Assembly: GCA_000002445.1 (NCBI GenBank)
Contig: CP000069.1
Location: 576,001-640,000, forward strand
Direction of reading: 5' to 3'
DNA: 64,000 nt
Source: Trypanosoma brucei
Taxonomy: Eukaryota
Under the pieces are notes generated by a model. It saw nothing but the letters and a program-made list of their open reading frames with translations, did no database searches and was not told where the DNA came from. This document shows positions 34,935-47,142 of this stretch, in pieces. Each line of letters opens with the position of its first letter. The first letter of the stretch is position 1. Both the position numbers and the translations under genes were made by a program.

Positions 34935-35675
34935 CAGCTAAATCAAGTCGTTTACGGCAACTTCTCCGAAGCTGCTATTCACCCAAACGTTTATTTTCCT
35001 CTTTCTTACTCCTCGGTTATGCTGACTGCGTGCGTGAGTTGCGGCTCCTCGTTCCCTCTCTACCTTACGAAGGCGGAAGAAAACGATATCTCTTCCTTGT
35101 TTTTTATGAATTCAAACTTTTAGCTTCTGCTCGTTCCCGCGTTTGTGTCCCTAACAACCCCTACACCATGAGGAACGTCCTTCTCGCCCGACCCCACGTA
35201 GTGAGCAAAAATATATGATGAAACGAATGAACCGCTTGAGTTTTGAAACACTTTCACCGCAGTAGCACTACAAATTATCATTTCAGCGAAGCCCCCACAC
35301 GGAAGAGTGAGGCACTCGCACAGGATCAACTGTGAAACAGAATCTCCCTCTTTTTCCCTTGTATTCACGAGAAAGAGGGGGCTCCGACAAAAGATTAACT
35401 GCACCCCAACCTTACACAAACCATGCTAACCAATATATATATACAAAAAAAACGTGCAACTACTCATTACGGCTAATGCCTTCCCTCTTCGCACGCCCTC
35501 CCGTGGACACCGAGACCCACTGTTCGAGAACGTACACATGTACGCGCATCTATATGTATATATATGGTAGTAACATGCAAACTACCAACCTGTCAGTAAT
35601 GCACTGACCATCTGCACAGGAAGGTGAGCGGTCAGTACCAACCATACTTGGATCTTCTGCTTCACCCTGATGGAT

Positions 35676-37256
35676 CTAGTAACGGTCCCGCCTCTTCCTC
35701 ACCCTAAGCCTTTTCATGTAGTCGAAAGACCCCAAACATACAAACAATAAAATGATGAAAACATTACTAAAAAGTAACACTGAATAGCCTTTCCCCTTTC
35801 CCCCAGCGTGATCTGATCGGACCTCCTTCGAGTTGCCGCGCGCACCTCCGTCCCCTTTTCCCTTACCGCTGCTCTCCACATTCCGCCCAACATTTGCATC
35901 CTTCGACGCAGGGTCGACTTCATTCAAATCATCGTTGCTTTCCATGAGCCCCACTGCTTTGGGATCCCATAGGTACCTTTGCTTCAGAAAACCCGTCACA
36001 TGTGCCTCAATAAAATTTCCGGCACCATCATAGCACTCGGTGCACGCCTCCAGTGTGGGAAACTGTCGCTTCGGTACTAGCGGGTCCGCACCATCCTTTA
36101 CGTTGGCCAGTCGCGCATTCACATTATTGTGCGCACGCCACAGTTGCAGTACAGGGTCTTCGTTGGGGCTGAAGTTAAACTGGATGAAGTGGTCCCGACA
36201 CTCCTTGCACGAGAAGAAATAACGTATATAATTCTGTATCACCTCAAGGACATTCCTATCCGCCGGTGTGTTTACTGTTAGTGCGTGCAAAAGGAGCCAC
36301 ATCCCACATGGGAAACCGCGGTACTGCGGAGATGAACCCCGGCATGTCCGCCACCGGACGTTACGTGGCGAGCCATCAAACGGAATACCGGACTTCACCA
36401 CAGCATCTTGCCATGATGCGACTGTGAATGGTCTTTCCGCGGTAATAGATTCAAGGGCGCTAACAACACCGTCAGCCCCTATAGAAGGAAGCGAGTCTTT
36501 CACAAGCAACACAAAATCTTCAAGTGCAGTTAGCCGCTCGCGTGGTTCCGTACCTACCAGAGAAACATCATAGTGCATTGCGGAGAAGAAAGCGCCGGCA
36601 ATATCTGTGGCATATAGTTCTGTTGTCTCAACAAACCTCCCTGATTCATCCGTAGAAGAAACAGAACGCTTCACCAACTCCTCTTTGGATGTATAAAGTT
36701 TGAAATGCATGTCTATGCATCGCTCCTTTAAGGAATCATCTACCACCATGTGTTTGTTAACTAGCCGTCGCACTTCCGACTCCAGTTCATCAACTTCCAA
36801 GTGACTGTTTTCAAATGCAACATGCTCTAATGAGGAGGTGCCGCACTCCTCGTTGCTCCTGCATGAGTCACGTGGGTAAAAGAAAAATAATCGTGGAACA
36901 AAGTTGATGTCATACTTACGGCACAGATCCACTTCACTAGCGCAATTCACAGCAGCTGCTGTGGCGATCTGAAGTGCATCCTTTCCATGCTCCACCTTCA
37001 ACCCTCCAGCAAATTTGGAGAAAGTTGAAGCGTACCGTCGGCAAGCGCCGCAGCCATCGTTATAAAAAAGAACAATCCAAGGACAGAGAGGCGCAACACG
37101 ATGAACACGAGAAAAATCATCACCCGATAGATCCACTACCGACGAATCTAAATGAAATAGACCCGGACGAGGACTGCCCGTGGCTACTTGGGCGACTGAT
37201 TTAGAAAGACAACAGCATAACAAACCTGCAAAGACTACAAATGATCGAGAGAACAT
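35676..37256 (-). CDS. QSOX: Quiescin-sulfhydryl oxidase (QSOX): thioredoxin domain plus Erv/ALR FAD domain, secreted or membrane-anchored
   Basis: The track start at 37268 is TTG. The first ATG is at 37256, giving a signal-peptide-like N-terminus (MFSRSFVVFAGLLCCCLSKSVAQ). The Trx CxxC is CGACRRY. The Erv motifs are CGMWLLLHALTV and CKECRDHF. A C-terminal TM segment reads VLLFSNVFIILLFVCLGSF. Confidence 0.85.
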   Translation of the reverse strand: MFSRSFVVFAGLLCCCLSKSVAQVATGSPRPGLFHLDSSVVDLSGDDFSRVHRVAPLCPWIVLFYNDGCGACRRYASTFSKFAGGLKVEHGKDALQIATAAAVNCASEVDLCRKYDINFVPRLFFFYPRDSCRSNEECGTSSLEHVAFENSHLEVDELESEVRRLVNKHMVVDDSLKERCIDMHFKLYTSKEELVKRSVSSTDESGRFVETTELYATDIAGAFFSAMHYDVSLVGTEPRERLTALEDFVLLVKDSLPSIGADGVVSALESITAERPFTVASWQDAVVKSGIPFDGSPRNVRWRTCRGSSPQYRGFPCGMWLLLHALTVNTPADRNVLEVIQNYIRYFFSCKECRDHFIQFNFSPNEDPVLQLWRAHNNVNARLANVKDGADPLVPKRQFPTLEACTECYDGAGNFIEAHVTGFLKQRYLWDPKAVGLMESNDDLNEVDPASKDANVGRNVESSGKGKGDGGARGNSKEVRSDHAGGKGKGYSVLLFSNVFIILLFVCLGSFDYMKRLRVRKRRDRY

Positions 37257-37402
37257 TCTCCACGACAACAGAAAAACAAAGGGAAGAACAAATTGTTTCT
37301 ACTACAAGGAAAAAAAATATTTAAAAAAAGTGAGAAAACATTATTCAAAATTGTAAAAATATATATATTAAAAGAAAAAAAAATTAAAAAAACTTTTCAC
37401 CA

Positions 37403-40400
37403 TCATCATGCTCATTATATAATGCAAAGAAAGGGGGAAGATATCAGTCCCGTGCTTATGATAGGTAGCTTAGTGCACGGATGCCTAATTCATTTGAAAA
37501 TAATACAAATGCCTCGATTGTTAGCATCATCTGCACATACACTCAAATATATATATACACACACACACAAACCATCAGAATGTTATGGATGTAAAGTTGC
37601 ATCTAACCTCAATGGGTATCCTGTGGAGCGGCATCGATAAGTACAGTCGCCAAGGGACCTTTAATAATGAGGTGTAAATGTATTCACTCCACTCTCCCAC
37701 AGGCAAGTCCGTCACATGGACAATCAGCGTGTCCCGCAACGGTGCAACCCGCGGTACACAGTAAACAATAACAAACGTCGACGCGTACACCTCAGCGTTT
37801 CCTCTCATCAACAACATGATCAGGTGTATAATTAAATAACAACATCATTGGCGCCGCAATTCAGTTTCAATAAGTGTCGATAAAGTTGCAACCGCAAATT
37901 CATCACGATCACGCACAGTGTAAATGGTCATATGAAGGAAGACTAGATAGAAAAAGGGAATTGAGATAAATCACACACACGAAGATGGAGCCCACAATAA
38001 CTATATGAGCTCTCGCGGGTCCGATTGAGGCCGTCACAGCACCAAAGAGTTACCGCCGCCGCCTCACCCACGGGGCTCGCTCAGATAAGATAACACACGC
38101 ACACACATATATATTTATATATATGTAACTGGGTATGCAGGTGATAATAGCAGAAACAGATATGGTGGTGGTTTTTCTCAACTCTCGGGTAGCACAGGTG
38201 CAGACGCAGTGATTGACGTAAGCAAAACGCCTGTGTTTTCGCTAGCCTTCAGCGTACTATGGCAAAAAAAAAAAGCAATCATCATTCGCCTCCAAGGTAG
38301 TGTATAGCATAAACATGGCACGGGTAAAGTGACTATTGGAGAAACAAAAGAAAAGTAAGTGAATAAAAGCGAGGGAGGGGGGAATATAGTAGAGTCAGTG
38401 AATCCTTGTATGAAGGCATCGTCGCAGTTCTTCTGTCATTGCATTTTTCAGATACCACAGGAATTGCACGTATGATCATCATGCTCATTATATAATGCAA
38501 AGAGAGGGGGAAGATATCAGTCCCGTGCTTATGATAGGTAGCTTAGTGCACGGATGCCTAATTCATTTGAAAATCATACAAATGCCTCGATTGTTAGCAT
38601 CATCTGCACATACACTCAAATATATATATATACACACACACAAACCATCAGAATGTTATGGATGTAAAGTTGCATCTAACCTCAATGGGTATCCTGTGGA
38701 GCGGCATCGATAAGTACAGTCGCCAAGGGACCTTTAATAATGAGGTGTAAATGTATTCACTCCACTCTCCCACAGGCAAGTCCGTCACATGGACAATCAG
38801 CGTGTCCCGCAACGGTGCAACCCGCGGTACACAGTAAACAATAACAAACGTCGACGCGTACACCTCAGCGTTTCCTCTCATCAACAACATGATCAGGTGT
38901 ATAATTAAATAACAACATCATTGGCGCCGCAATTCAGTTTCAATAAGTGTCGATAAAGTTGCAACCGCAAATTCATCACGATCACGCACAGTGTAAATGG
39001 TCATGTGAAGGAAGACTAGATAGAAAAAGGGAATTGAGATAAATCACACACACGAAGATGGAGCCCACAATAACTATATGAGCTCTCGCGGGTCCGATTG
39101 AGGCCGTCACAGCACCAAAGAGTTACCGCCGCCGCCTCACCCACGGGGCTCGCTCAGATAAGATAACACACGCACACACATATATATTTATATATATGTA
39201 ATTGGGTATGCAGGTGATAATAGCAGAAACAGATATGGTGGTGGTTTTTCTCAACTCTCGGGTAGCACAGGTGCAAACGCAGTGATTGACGTAAGCAAAA
39301 CGCCTGTGTTTTCGCTAGCCTTCAGCGTACTATGGCAGAAAAAAAAAGCAATCATCATTCGCCTCCAAGGTAGTGTATAGCATAAACATGGCACGGGTAA
39401 AGTGACTATTGAAGAAACAAAAGAAAAGTAAGTGAATAAAAGCGAGGGAGGGGGGAATATAGTAGAGTCAGTAAATCCTTGTATGAAGGCATCGTCGCAG
39501 TTCTTCTGTCATTGCATTTTTCAGATACCACAGGAATTGCACGTATGATCATCATGCTCATTATATAATGCAAAGAGAGGGGGAAGATATCAGTCCCGTG
39601 CTTATGATAGGTAGCTTAGTGCACGGATGCCTAATTCATTTGAAAATCATACAAATGCCTCGATTGTTAGCATCATCTGCACATACACTCAAATATATAT
39701 ATACACACACACACAAACCATCAGAATGTTATGGATGTAAAGTTGCATCTAACCTCAATGGGTATCCTGTGGAGCGGCATCGATAAGTACAGTCGCCAAG
39801 GGACCTTTAATAATGAGGTGTAAATGTATTCACTCCACTCTCCCACAGGCAAGTCCGTCACATGGACAATCAGCGTGTCCCGCAACGGTGCAACCCGCGG
39901 TACACAGTAAACAATAACAAACGTCGACGCGTACACCTCAGCGTTTCCTCTCATCAACAACATGATCAGGTGTATAATTAAATAACAACATCATTGGCGC
40001 CGCAATTCAGTTTCAATAAGTGTCGATAAAGTTGCAACCGCAAATTCATCACGATCACGCACAGTGTAAATGGTCATGTGAAGGAAGACTAGATAGAAAA
40101 AGGGAATTGAGATAAATCACACACACGAAGATGGAGCCCACAATAACTATATGAGCTCTCGCGGGTCCGATTGAGGCCGTCACAGCACCAAAGAGTTACC
40201 GCCGCCGCCTCACCCACGGGGCTCGCTCAGATAAGATAACACACGCACACACATATATATTTATATATATGTAATTGGGTATGCAGGTGATAATAGCAGA
40301 AACAGATATGGTGGTGGTTTTTCTCAACTCTCGGGTAGCACAGGTGCAGACGCAGTGATTGACGTAAGCAAAACGCCTGTGTTTTCGCTAGCCTTCAGCG

Positions 40401-43153
40401 TACTATGGCAGAAAAAAAAAGCAATCATCATTCGCCTCCAAGGTAGTGTATAGCATAAACATGGCACGGGTAAAGTGACTATTGAAGAAACAAAAGAAAA
40501 GTAAGTGAATAAAAGCGAGGGAGGGGGGAATATAGTAGAGTCAGTAAATCCTTGTATGAAGGCATCGTCGCAGTTCTTCTGTCATTGCATTTTTCAGATA
40601 CCACAGGAATTGCACGTATGATCATCATGCTCATTATATAATGCAAAGAAAGGGGGAAGATATCAGTCCCGTGCTTATGATAGGTAGCTTAGTGCACGGA
40701 TGCCTAATTCATTTGAAAATCATACAAATGCCTCGATTGTTAGCATCATCTGCACATACACTCAAATATATATACACACACACACAAACCATCAGAATGT
40801 TATGGATGTAAAGTTGCATCTAACCTCAATGGGTATCCTGTGGAGCGGCATCGATAAGTACAGTCGCCAAGGGACCTTTAATAATGAGGTGTAAATGTAT
40901 TCACTCCACTCTTCCACAGGCAAGTCCGTCACATGGACAATCAGCGTGTCCCGCAACGGTGCAACCCGCGGTACACAGTAAACAATAACAAACGTCGACG
41001 CGTACACCTCAGCGTTTCCTCTCATCAACAACATGATCAGGTGTATAATTAAATAACAACATCATTGGCGCCGCAATTCAGTTTCAATAAGTGTCGATAA
41101 AGTTGCAACCGCAAATTCATCACGATCACGCACAGTGTAAATGGTCATATGAAGGAAGAATAGATAGAAAAAGGGAATTGAGATATATCACACACACGAA
41201 GATGGAGCCCACAATAACTATATGAGCTCTCGCGGGTCCGATTGAGGCCGTCACAGCACCAAAGAGTTACCGCCGCCGCCTCACCCACGGGGCTCGCTCA
41301 GATAAGATAACACACGCACACACATATATATTTATATATATGTAACTGGGTATGCAGGTGATAATAGCAGAAACAGATATGGTGGTGGTTTTTCTCAACT
41401 CTCGGGTAGCACAGGTGCAGACGCAGTGATTGACGTAAGCAAAACGCCTGTGTTTTCGCTAGCCTTCAGCGTACTATGGCAGAAAAAAAAAGCAATCATC
41501 ATTCGCCTCCAAGGTAGTGTATAGCATAAACATGGCACGGGTAAAGTGACTATTGGAGAAACAAAAGAAAAGTAAGTGAATAAAAGCGAGGGAGGGGGGA
41601 ATATAGTAGAGTCAGTAAATCCTTGTATGAAGGCATCGTCGCAGTTCTTCTGTCATTGCATTTTTCAGATACCACAGGAATTGCACGTATGATCATCATG
41701 CTCATTATATAATGCAAAGAAAGGGGGAAGATATCAGTCCCGTGCTTATGATAGGTAGCTTAGTGCACGGATGCCTAATTCATTTGAAAATCATACAAAT
41801 GCCTCGATTGTTAGCATCATCTGCACATACACTCAAATATATATACACACACACACAAACCATCAGAATGTTATGGATGTAAAGTTGCATCTAACCTCAA
41901 TGGGTATCCTGTGGAGCGGCATCGATAAGTACAGTCGCCAAGGGACCTTTAATAATGAGGTGTAAATGTATTCACTCCACTCTCCCACAGGCAAGTCCGT
42001 CACATGGACAATCAGCGTGTCCCGCAACGGTGCAACCCGCGGTACACAGTAAACAATAACAAACGTCGACGCGTACACCTCAGCGTTTCCTCTCATCAAC
42101 AACATGATCAGGTGTATAATTAAATAACAACATCATTGGCGCCGCAATTCAGTTTCAATAAGTGTCGATAAAGTTGCAACCGCAAATTCATCACGATCAC
42201 GCACAGTGTAAATGGTCATATGAAGGAAGAATAGATAGAAAAAGGGAATTGAGATATATCACACACACGAAGATGGAGCCCACAATAACTATATGAGCTC
42301 TCGCGGGTCCGATTGAGGCCGTCACAGCACCAAAGAGTTACCGCCGCCGCCTCACCCACGGGGCTCGCTCAGATAAGATAACACACGCACACACATATAT
42401 ATTTATATATATGTAACTGGGTATGCAGGTGATAATAGCAGAAACAGATATGGTGGTGGTTTTTCTCAACTCTCGGGTAGCACAGGTGCAGACGCAGTGA
42501 TTGACGTAAGCAAAACGCCTGTGTTTTCGCTAGCCTTCAGCGTACTATGGCAGAAAAAAAAAAGCAATCATCATTCGCCTCCAAGGTAGTGTATAGCATA
42601 AACATGGCACGGGTAAAGTGACTATTGGAGAAACAAAAGAAAAGTAAGTGAATAAAAGCGAGGGAGGGGGGAATATAGTAGAGTCAGTGAATCCTTGTAT
42701 GAAGGCATCGTCGCAGTTCTTCTGTCATTGCATTTTTCAGATACCACAGGAATTGCACGTATGATCATCATGCTCATTATATAATGCAAAGAAAGGGGGA
42801 AGATATCAGTCCCGTGCTTATGATAGGTAGCTTAGTGCACGGATGCCTAATTCATTTGAAAATCATACAAATGCCTCGATTGTTAGCATCATCTGCACAT
42901 ACACTCAAATATATATATACACACACACACAAACCATCAGAATGTTATGGATGTAAAGTTGCATCTAACCTCAATGGGTATCCTGTGGAGCGGCATCGAT
43001 AAGTACAGTCGCCAAGGAACCTTTAATAATGAGGTGTAAATGTATTCACTCCACTCTCCCACAGGCAAGTCCGTCACATGGACAATCAGCGTGTCCCGCA
43101 ACGGTGCAACCCGCGGTACACAGTAAACAATAACAAACGTCGACGCGTACATT
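37403..43153. repeat. Head-to-tail tandem array: about 5.4 copies of a 1,073-bp (1,071-1,074) unit with over 99% identity between copies; non-coding; candidate snoRNA gene cluster
   Basis: Identical landmarks recur at a 1073-bp period (track ORFs 37575/38648/39721/40792/41863/42937 on the minus strand and 38495/39568/42784 on the plus strand). The first copy is 5'-truncated at about 37403 and the last ends mid-unit at about 43153. Each unit has an internal (TA)n/(CA)n and a GC-rich block (gagctctcgcgggtccgattgaggccgtcacagcacc...). Confidence 0.95.
38388..38492 (-). ncRNA. Candidate C/D-box snoRNA, one per repeat unit (homologous positions about 39460..39565, 40530..40636, 41603..41709 and 42677..42783); the copy in unit 1 is truncated
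   Basis: On the minus strand the C box ATGATGA is the reverse complement of plus 38476-38482. A CTGA D' box lies 24 nt downstream (38451..38448) and a CTGA D box a further about 50 nt (38398..38395). A short GAG/CTC terminal stem flanks the C and D boxes. The length of about 100 nt and the strand match the polycistron. Three further perfect minus-strand UGAUGA boxes per unit (plus about 38874, 38964 and 39352) have CUGA 35-80 nt downstream. This is a prediction only. Confidence 0.3.
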
Positions 43154-43566
43154 CCTTTTTTTGTGTTCTACACGTTTTTTTAAGGCATGTCATTAAAACT
43201 TTTTTTCTTGTTGTAAATTTCAGTAACTATGTACTTTTTCTTCTTATTCTGTTGTCTTTCCTCATGGTGTTTTTTTAGGTTTGTTAACTTAGTTGTTGTA
43301 AAGGCATTCCTTGTTTTGTGCTCCTTTATTTATTACTTCATTTGTTTATTTTAAAATGCTTGTTCAAGTGGTGGAGAAAAGGTTTGTTATGAGCTCTTCT
43401 GCCTTTGGGTTGGTGGGTGCTTGTTATTTCTTCCAATGTTGTGTTTTAATATCTCCGATTATTATTGTAACGATAAAGCACCCATTTTTCACCAACGCGT
43501 TGATTCATGCGCTGTCGCGGTTTTGTAAAATTAGTCAGTGATGGACGATGCTTGGCTGAATTGTTC

Positions 43567-44391
43567 CTATGCTACAACGTCTGATTCGTCGGCACCCATA
43601 GATGTTACATCGGAGGAAAGTTGCTCTAATTCTGTCACCTTGTCCTCGACGAAACTATGAACACATTCATCCAACTGCTGGTGGAGTTCGCGTGATGCGG
43701 TCTCATCGATTCCTGATTCCTGAAGAGCTCTCGACGCTTGTGTGCGGACCTGCTTTACTTTGTTTTTGAAAGACGACACGACAAGTTGTATTTCTTCCAC
43801 CGCTTTCTGTCGCCGTGCTGTCGTTATAGGTGGCATTGTGATTTTTATCTTCTGTTGCTCCTTGGAGACCTGCAGGGTCCCGTCAAACCGTGTAACTCTC
43901 TGTAAAATAGGCGAGGCAAAGCTTACATTTTGTGGCACTACTTCCATTGTAGCGGCGCCCGTCTTCAAAACCTGGGCCACTTTAGTGAGAAGCACTTTGC
44001 GCCCCCCGCCCACATCCACATCCAACTGTTCCAAACATTTTGCCATATTCAACACCTTCATGGCGCTCACGTTCGCCCGCTCAAAGTGGTGTTGAAAAAC
44101 TTGCTCCAATTCCTCCGGCACGTCTTCGCTGACGACTGTCTCAGCTTCTTGCAGTAAGTTCTCCTTTTCCGCCTTTTGCTCCCGTGACTTTCCCGACCGT
44201 CGCTCCGATCGTTCCTCGAACGTAAGCCGTCGAGACTCTCCACGGTCACCGCGCCGCACATCCTTCAAGCGTTGAATTGTGGAATTGAAGGGAAACGATC
44301 CAACGAGTCGCAAGGCGGTGAGTTGCTGGTGGTGCCGTGCAATATTCCACCACCGTATCGAGCCGGCTGCAGCTAGCAGCATCCGACGCAT
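43567..44391 (-). CDS. Mitochondrial ribosome recycling factor (RRF/Frr family)
   Basis: The C-terminal two-thirds aligns with bacterial RRF: VGGGRKVLL...KIKITMPPITTARRQKAVEEIQLVVSSFKNKVKQVRTQASRAL versus ...[39 protein letters not shown]. The track ORF reaches an upstream ATG at 44595, but those 68 aa look non-protein-like. An internal ATG at 44391 gives an MRRMLLAAAGSIRWWNIARHH presequence typical of kinetoplastid mitochondrial import. The alternative start is 44595. Confidence 0.75.
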   Translation of the reverse strand: MRRMLLAAAGSIRWWNIARHHQQLTALRLVGSFPFNSTIQRLKDVRRGDRGESRRLTFEERSERRSGKSREQKAEKENLLQEAETVVSEDVPEELEQVFQHHFERANVSAMKVLNMAKCLEQLDVDVGGGRKVLLTKVAQVLKTGAATMEVVPQNVSFASPILQRVTRFDGTLQVSKEQQKIKITMPPITTARRQKAVEEIQLVVSSFKNKVKQVRTQASRALQESGIDETASRELHQQLDECVHSFVEDKVTELEQLSSDVTSMGADESDVVA

Positions 44392-45754
44392 GCTTACTGC
44401 GCTGGAGTCACCACACAAGGACGGTATATTAAAAAGGCAAAGGGGGAATAAATTGGAAGACTTGTGTGAAAAGTGCAGTAAATACGTTCCTGCTCCTATC
44501 CATATAGACCACACGATAGACAATGAAGTAGAAGTGTCTGTCGTGTGATCTATATGGCGCTGACTTCCTCGAAGCCCATACACACAACTAAACATTTACG
44601 CCATTCTTAATGTTACCTCTTTCGCATCGCAAAGTGTTAGTCGCGCACTGGGTGTGTTGTGGTCCACTGTGTTTTTTTTTTCTCTCTACAACCCGCCGGA
44701 AAAACTGTGGCTCTGCTTGCGATTATATCTCGCTCGCGCTTCCACAAGCATAGCCCAAGTATGTACCTTACTTGGCCCACGCACGTACATACAAATAAAT
44801 TAATATATAAATATATATATATGTGTGTGTGGGAGACGTTCCTCTTTGATTTGTTTTTTTTTCCTTGTTCCATAGCTCTCTCATCTCCACATATTTTCAC
44901 CCTCCCCTCCGCTGCCCTGTCACGTTCCTCCCACGAGAACCAAAAGGGACGTAAATGCTAACATCTCTACAGTTGTGCAAACGACCCTTGTTATTTCCGA
45001 GTGGAGTGATGTGTGCGGCAGTGGCAGAATGCGAAAGGAGAGTAAAGGAAAATGAGTATCAGTCAAGTACGATAATTACGCCTTTGTCTCGGGTTCATTT
45101 TTTTTTAAAAAAAAGTTAAATTTCTTTCTTTTTTCCCCTGGTGAAGACTCTTTTTCATTCCTTCTACCCATCCCATTGATCCTGGCGTTTATACTTGTTG
45201 ACGACCTGCTTCATGATTTCCCATATTAGTAATTTTTATTCACGTTCCTTTTGTTGTTACGATTGTGCTTTTCCTCCCCTTTTCTGTCCACTTTCCCTTC
45301 CCTTCCCATAAGCCTCACATGCAAACTCTCACAACGTTAACTTTCCCGTACTGCCTCAGTTTGTGCGCGCGAGTTGAAAAGTGGATGTAAAGAATGAGAA
45401 ACGGGTGAAAAACAGAGGGAGAACACTAATGCACGTTTCTCCAACGCTTCTCCTTTACCCCTCTCAACACACGGTTACACCACAAATTCTCGCAAAGCGT
45501 CAAAAAGATGAAAAAGACGCAACTTCACAAACGCACCAATTACGCCCTCGTCAGACGTCGTGACACAGTGAAAGACAGACTGCCGCTGGGGTCCTATCTA
45601 CTCCCTCGAGACGCTTTACGACATGCACGGGCGCGGCTATGTTGTATGAACGAAGCACCTGAGAAGACGGGAAGCATAAAAACCACTAACCAAAATAAAT
45701 GAGTGATGGTGTTGGCCGCCTCCTCCACAAGTAACAAAACGCACGCCCTCACGC

Positions 45755-47038
45755 TCACCAAAGCCGACGATTGCCTCTATTTTTCTTCTCCTTCACAGCC
45801 AAGGCCGCCGCATTCGTGGCGGCCCTCTCCTGTGCGACGGAATGTGGAATGTAAGGAACCTGAAATGCATCCCCTAGAAACTTGTGCAGCAGCTCACTGA
45901 TGTCGCTCATCAGCTCTGAAGTCTGCTCTGTGACCCATACTTCCAACATGAAAGCAGCCGCTCGCACCTTCAGGGCAATACCGTTGACACTGTTGCGCAC
46001 TGACCTTGACCAGGACTCCCCAACAGTGCGGCAAAGAAGATGCAACCAAGCATCGTCAACCACTTGAGGCCTTACCTTCGCCCTCACAATACCGCCATCA
46101 CGATTCCTCAGATCTTCCCACTTTGGATTGATACCATCGCGGAAGAGGTACAACGTCCCAGCGCACATACGTGTTGGCTCCGGAATATTGTTGAAGACTT
46201 TCCAGAAGGAAGAGATGCAGTCCATACGAAAAACGAGCGTGGGGTCATAAGTACTTTCCCTCGTGCTGTCGGGCCCACCAACTGGAAGGTAGAAGAGACA
46301 CCAGGGGTCACCAAATCTCATATCACCAGAGTCGGGAGTGAGGGTAAAAGGCGAGGGTTTCGTCATGTTGGAGCGGTTCAGCGTGCGGCGCGGCAAAAAA
46401 GCCGGCGCCGAGGCTTTCAATGAGCTGCACCTGCTAATTTCTAATACCTCCTCATCCGTTTTGTCGACACTGATCTCCGCCACAATAGGCGTTGACCCGG
46501 CCTTGGGAACTGGCGATGTTGCCGACCGCACGCCATTACTTTTCGTACATGTAGTAACCCAACTGGAGGTAGAGGGAGAACCGCTTTGCTGTTTCCGCTG
46601 CAACTCCTTCTCTACCGCAAGGTCTGCAGTTGATGTTGGCAGTGGCATAAGTGAGCCGGCCGCTGCACCCCGTGGTACGTAACTTACTGCATTAGGGCTC
46701 ATGTGAAATGCCGCCGAAGGCGCATGCACGGGACTCATTCGAGTGGGTATTACATGAGTTGAAACGGGGCTACGTGTAGGCGGGGGCACCACTGTTTGCT
46801 GTTGCTGCCCTTGTGGGGGACACGACGGAGATTGAGGAGTTGTCGCCTGTGCAGAAAACCCACTATGTGTTGTGATGGTGTTAGTGGATGTCATGGAAGT
46901 TGTGAACCCAGTCTTGGGGGTAGGCAACGTAGCGCGAGCCGGTAGAGTAGTCGGTGTGGGTGCAGTTACAGCCACCGCCGACGATCTTTTCTGCCATGAC
47001 GGAGTGTACTCCACCGCATCAGCACGTAAATTTTGCAT
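45755..47038 (-). CDS. EIF4E4: Cap-binding translation initiation factor eIF4E family with a long N-terminal extension bearing a PAM2-like PABP-binding motif; EIF4E4-like
   Basis: The track start at 47044 is GTG. The ATG at 47038 gives 427 aa. The eIF4E core is at the C-terminus (WCLFYLP...FRDGINPKWEDLRNRDGGIVRAKVR...LLCRTVGESW...IALKVRAAAFMLEVWV). The N-terminus MQNLRADAVEYTPSW fits the PAM2 consensus LxxxAxEFxP. The Pro/Thr/Ser-rich linker is typical of kinetoplastid EIF4E3/4. The paralogue assignment comes from recalled length and synteny with AspRS. Confidence 0.7.
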   Translation of the reverse strand: MQNLRADAVEYTPSWQKRSSAVAVTAPTPTTLPARATLPTPKTGFTTSMTSTNTITTHSGFSAQATTPQSPSCPPQGQQQQTVVPPPTRSPVSTHVIPTRMSPVHAPSAAFHMSPNAVSYVPRGAAAGSLMPLPTSTADLAVEKELQRKQQSGSPSTSSWVTTCTKSNGVRSATSPVPKAGSTPIVAEISVDKTDEEVLEISRCSSLKASAPAFLPRRTLNRSNMTKPSPFTLTPDSGDMRFGDPWCLFYLPVGGPDSTRESTYDPTLVFRMDCISSFWKVFNNIPEPTRMCAGTLYLFRDGINPKWEDLRNRDGGIVRAKVRPQVVDDAWLHLLCRTVGESWSRSVRNSVNGIALKVRAAAFMLEVWVTEQTSELMSDISELLHKFLGDAFQVPYIPHSVAQERAATNAAALAVKEKKNRGNRRLW

Positions 47039-47139
47039 CAACACTGCCGATCAGATGAAGGTCACTACCAGCCTCCTCACCGGTACTAGTATACGACGGC
47101 TTAGTTCGTTCCTACGTAAACAAACGTACGGCACGCCAC

Positions 47140-47142
<3 letters not shown>

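Noticed and set aside
37293-43152. Perfectly conserved small ORFs inside every tandem-repeat unit: 72 aa on the plus strand (MQREGEDISPVLMIGSLVHGCLIHLK...) and 80 aa on the minus strand (MLLMRGNAEVYASTFVIVYCVPRV...)
   Set aside because: The two ORFs overlap each other. Conservation is equally high in non-ORF parts of the unit, so it reflects concerted evolution of the repeat rather than coding constraint. There are no recognisable protein motifs. Unit 1's plus-strand ORF is an artefactual fusion with upstream A-rich sequence.
37403-43153. Tandem array as spliced-leader RNA genes, 5S rRNA genes, tRNA array or a retroposon (ingi/RIME/SLACS)
   Set aside because: There is no match to the 39-nt SL exon, the 5S rRNA consensus or tRNA T-loop/anticodon architecture. 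There is no reverse-transcriptase-like ORF or poly(A)/target-site duplication. The unit length of 1073 bp fits none of those families.
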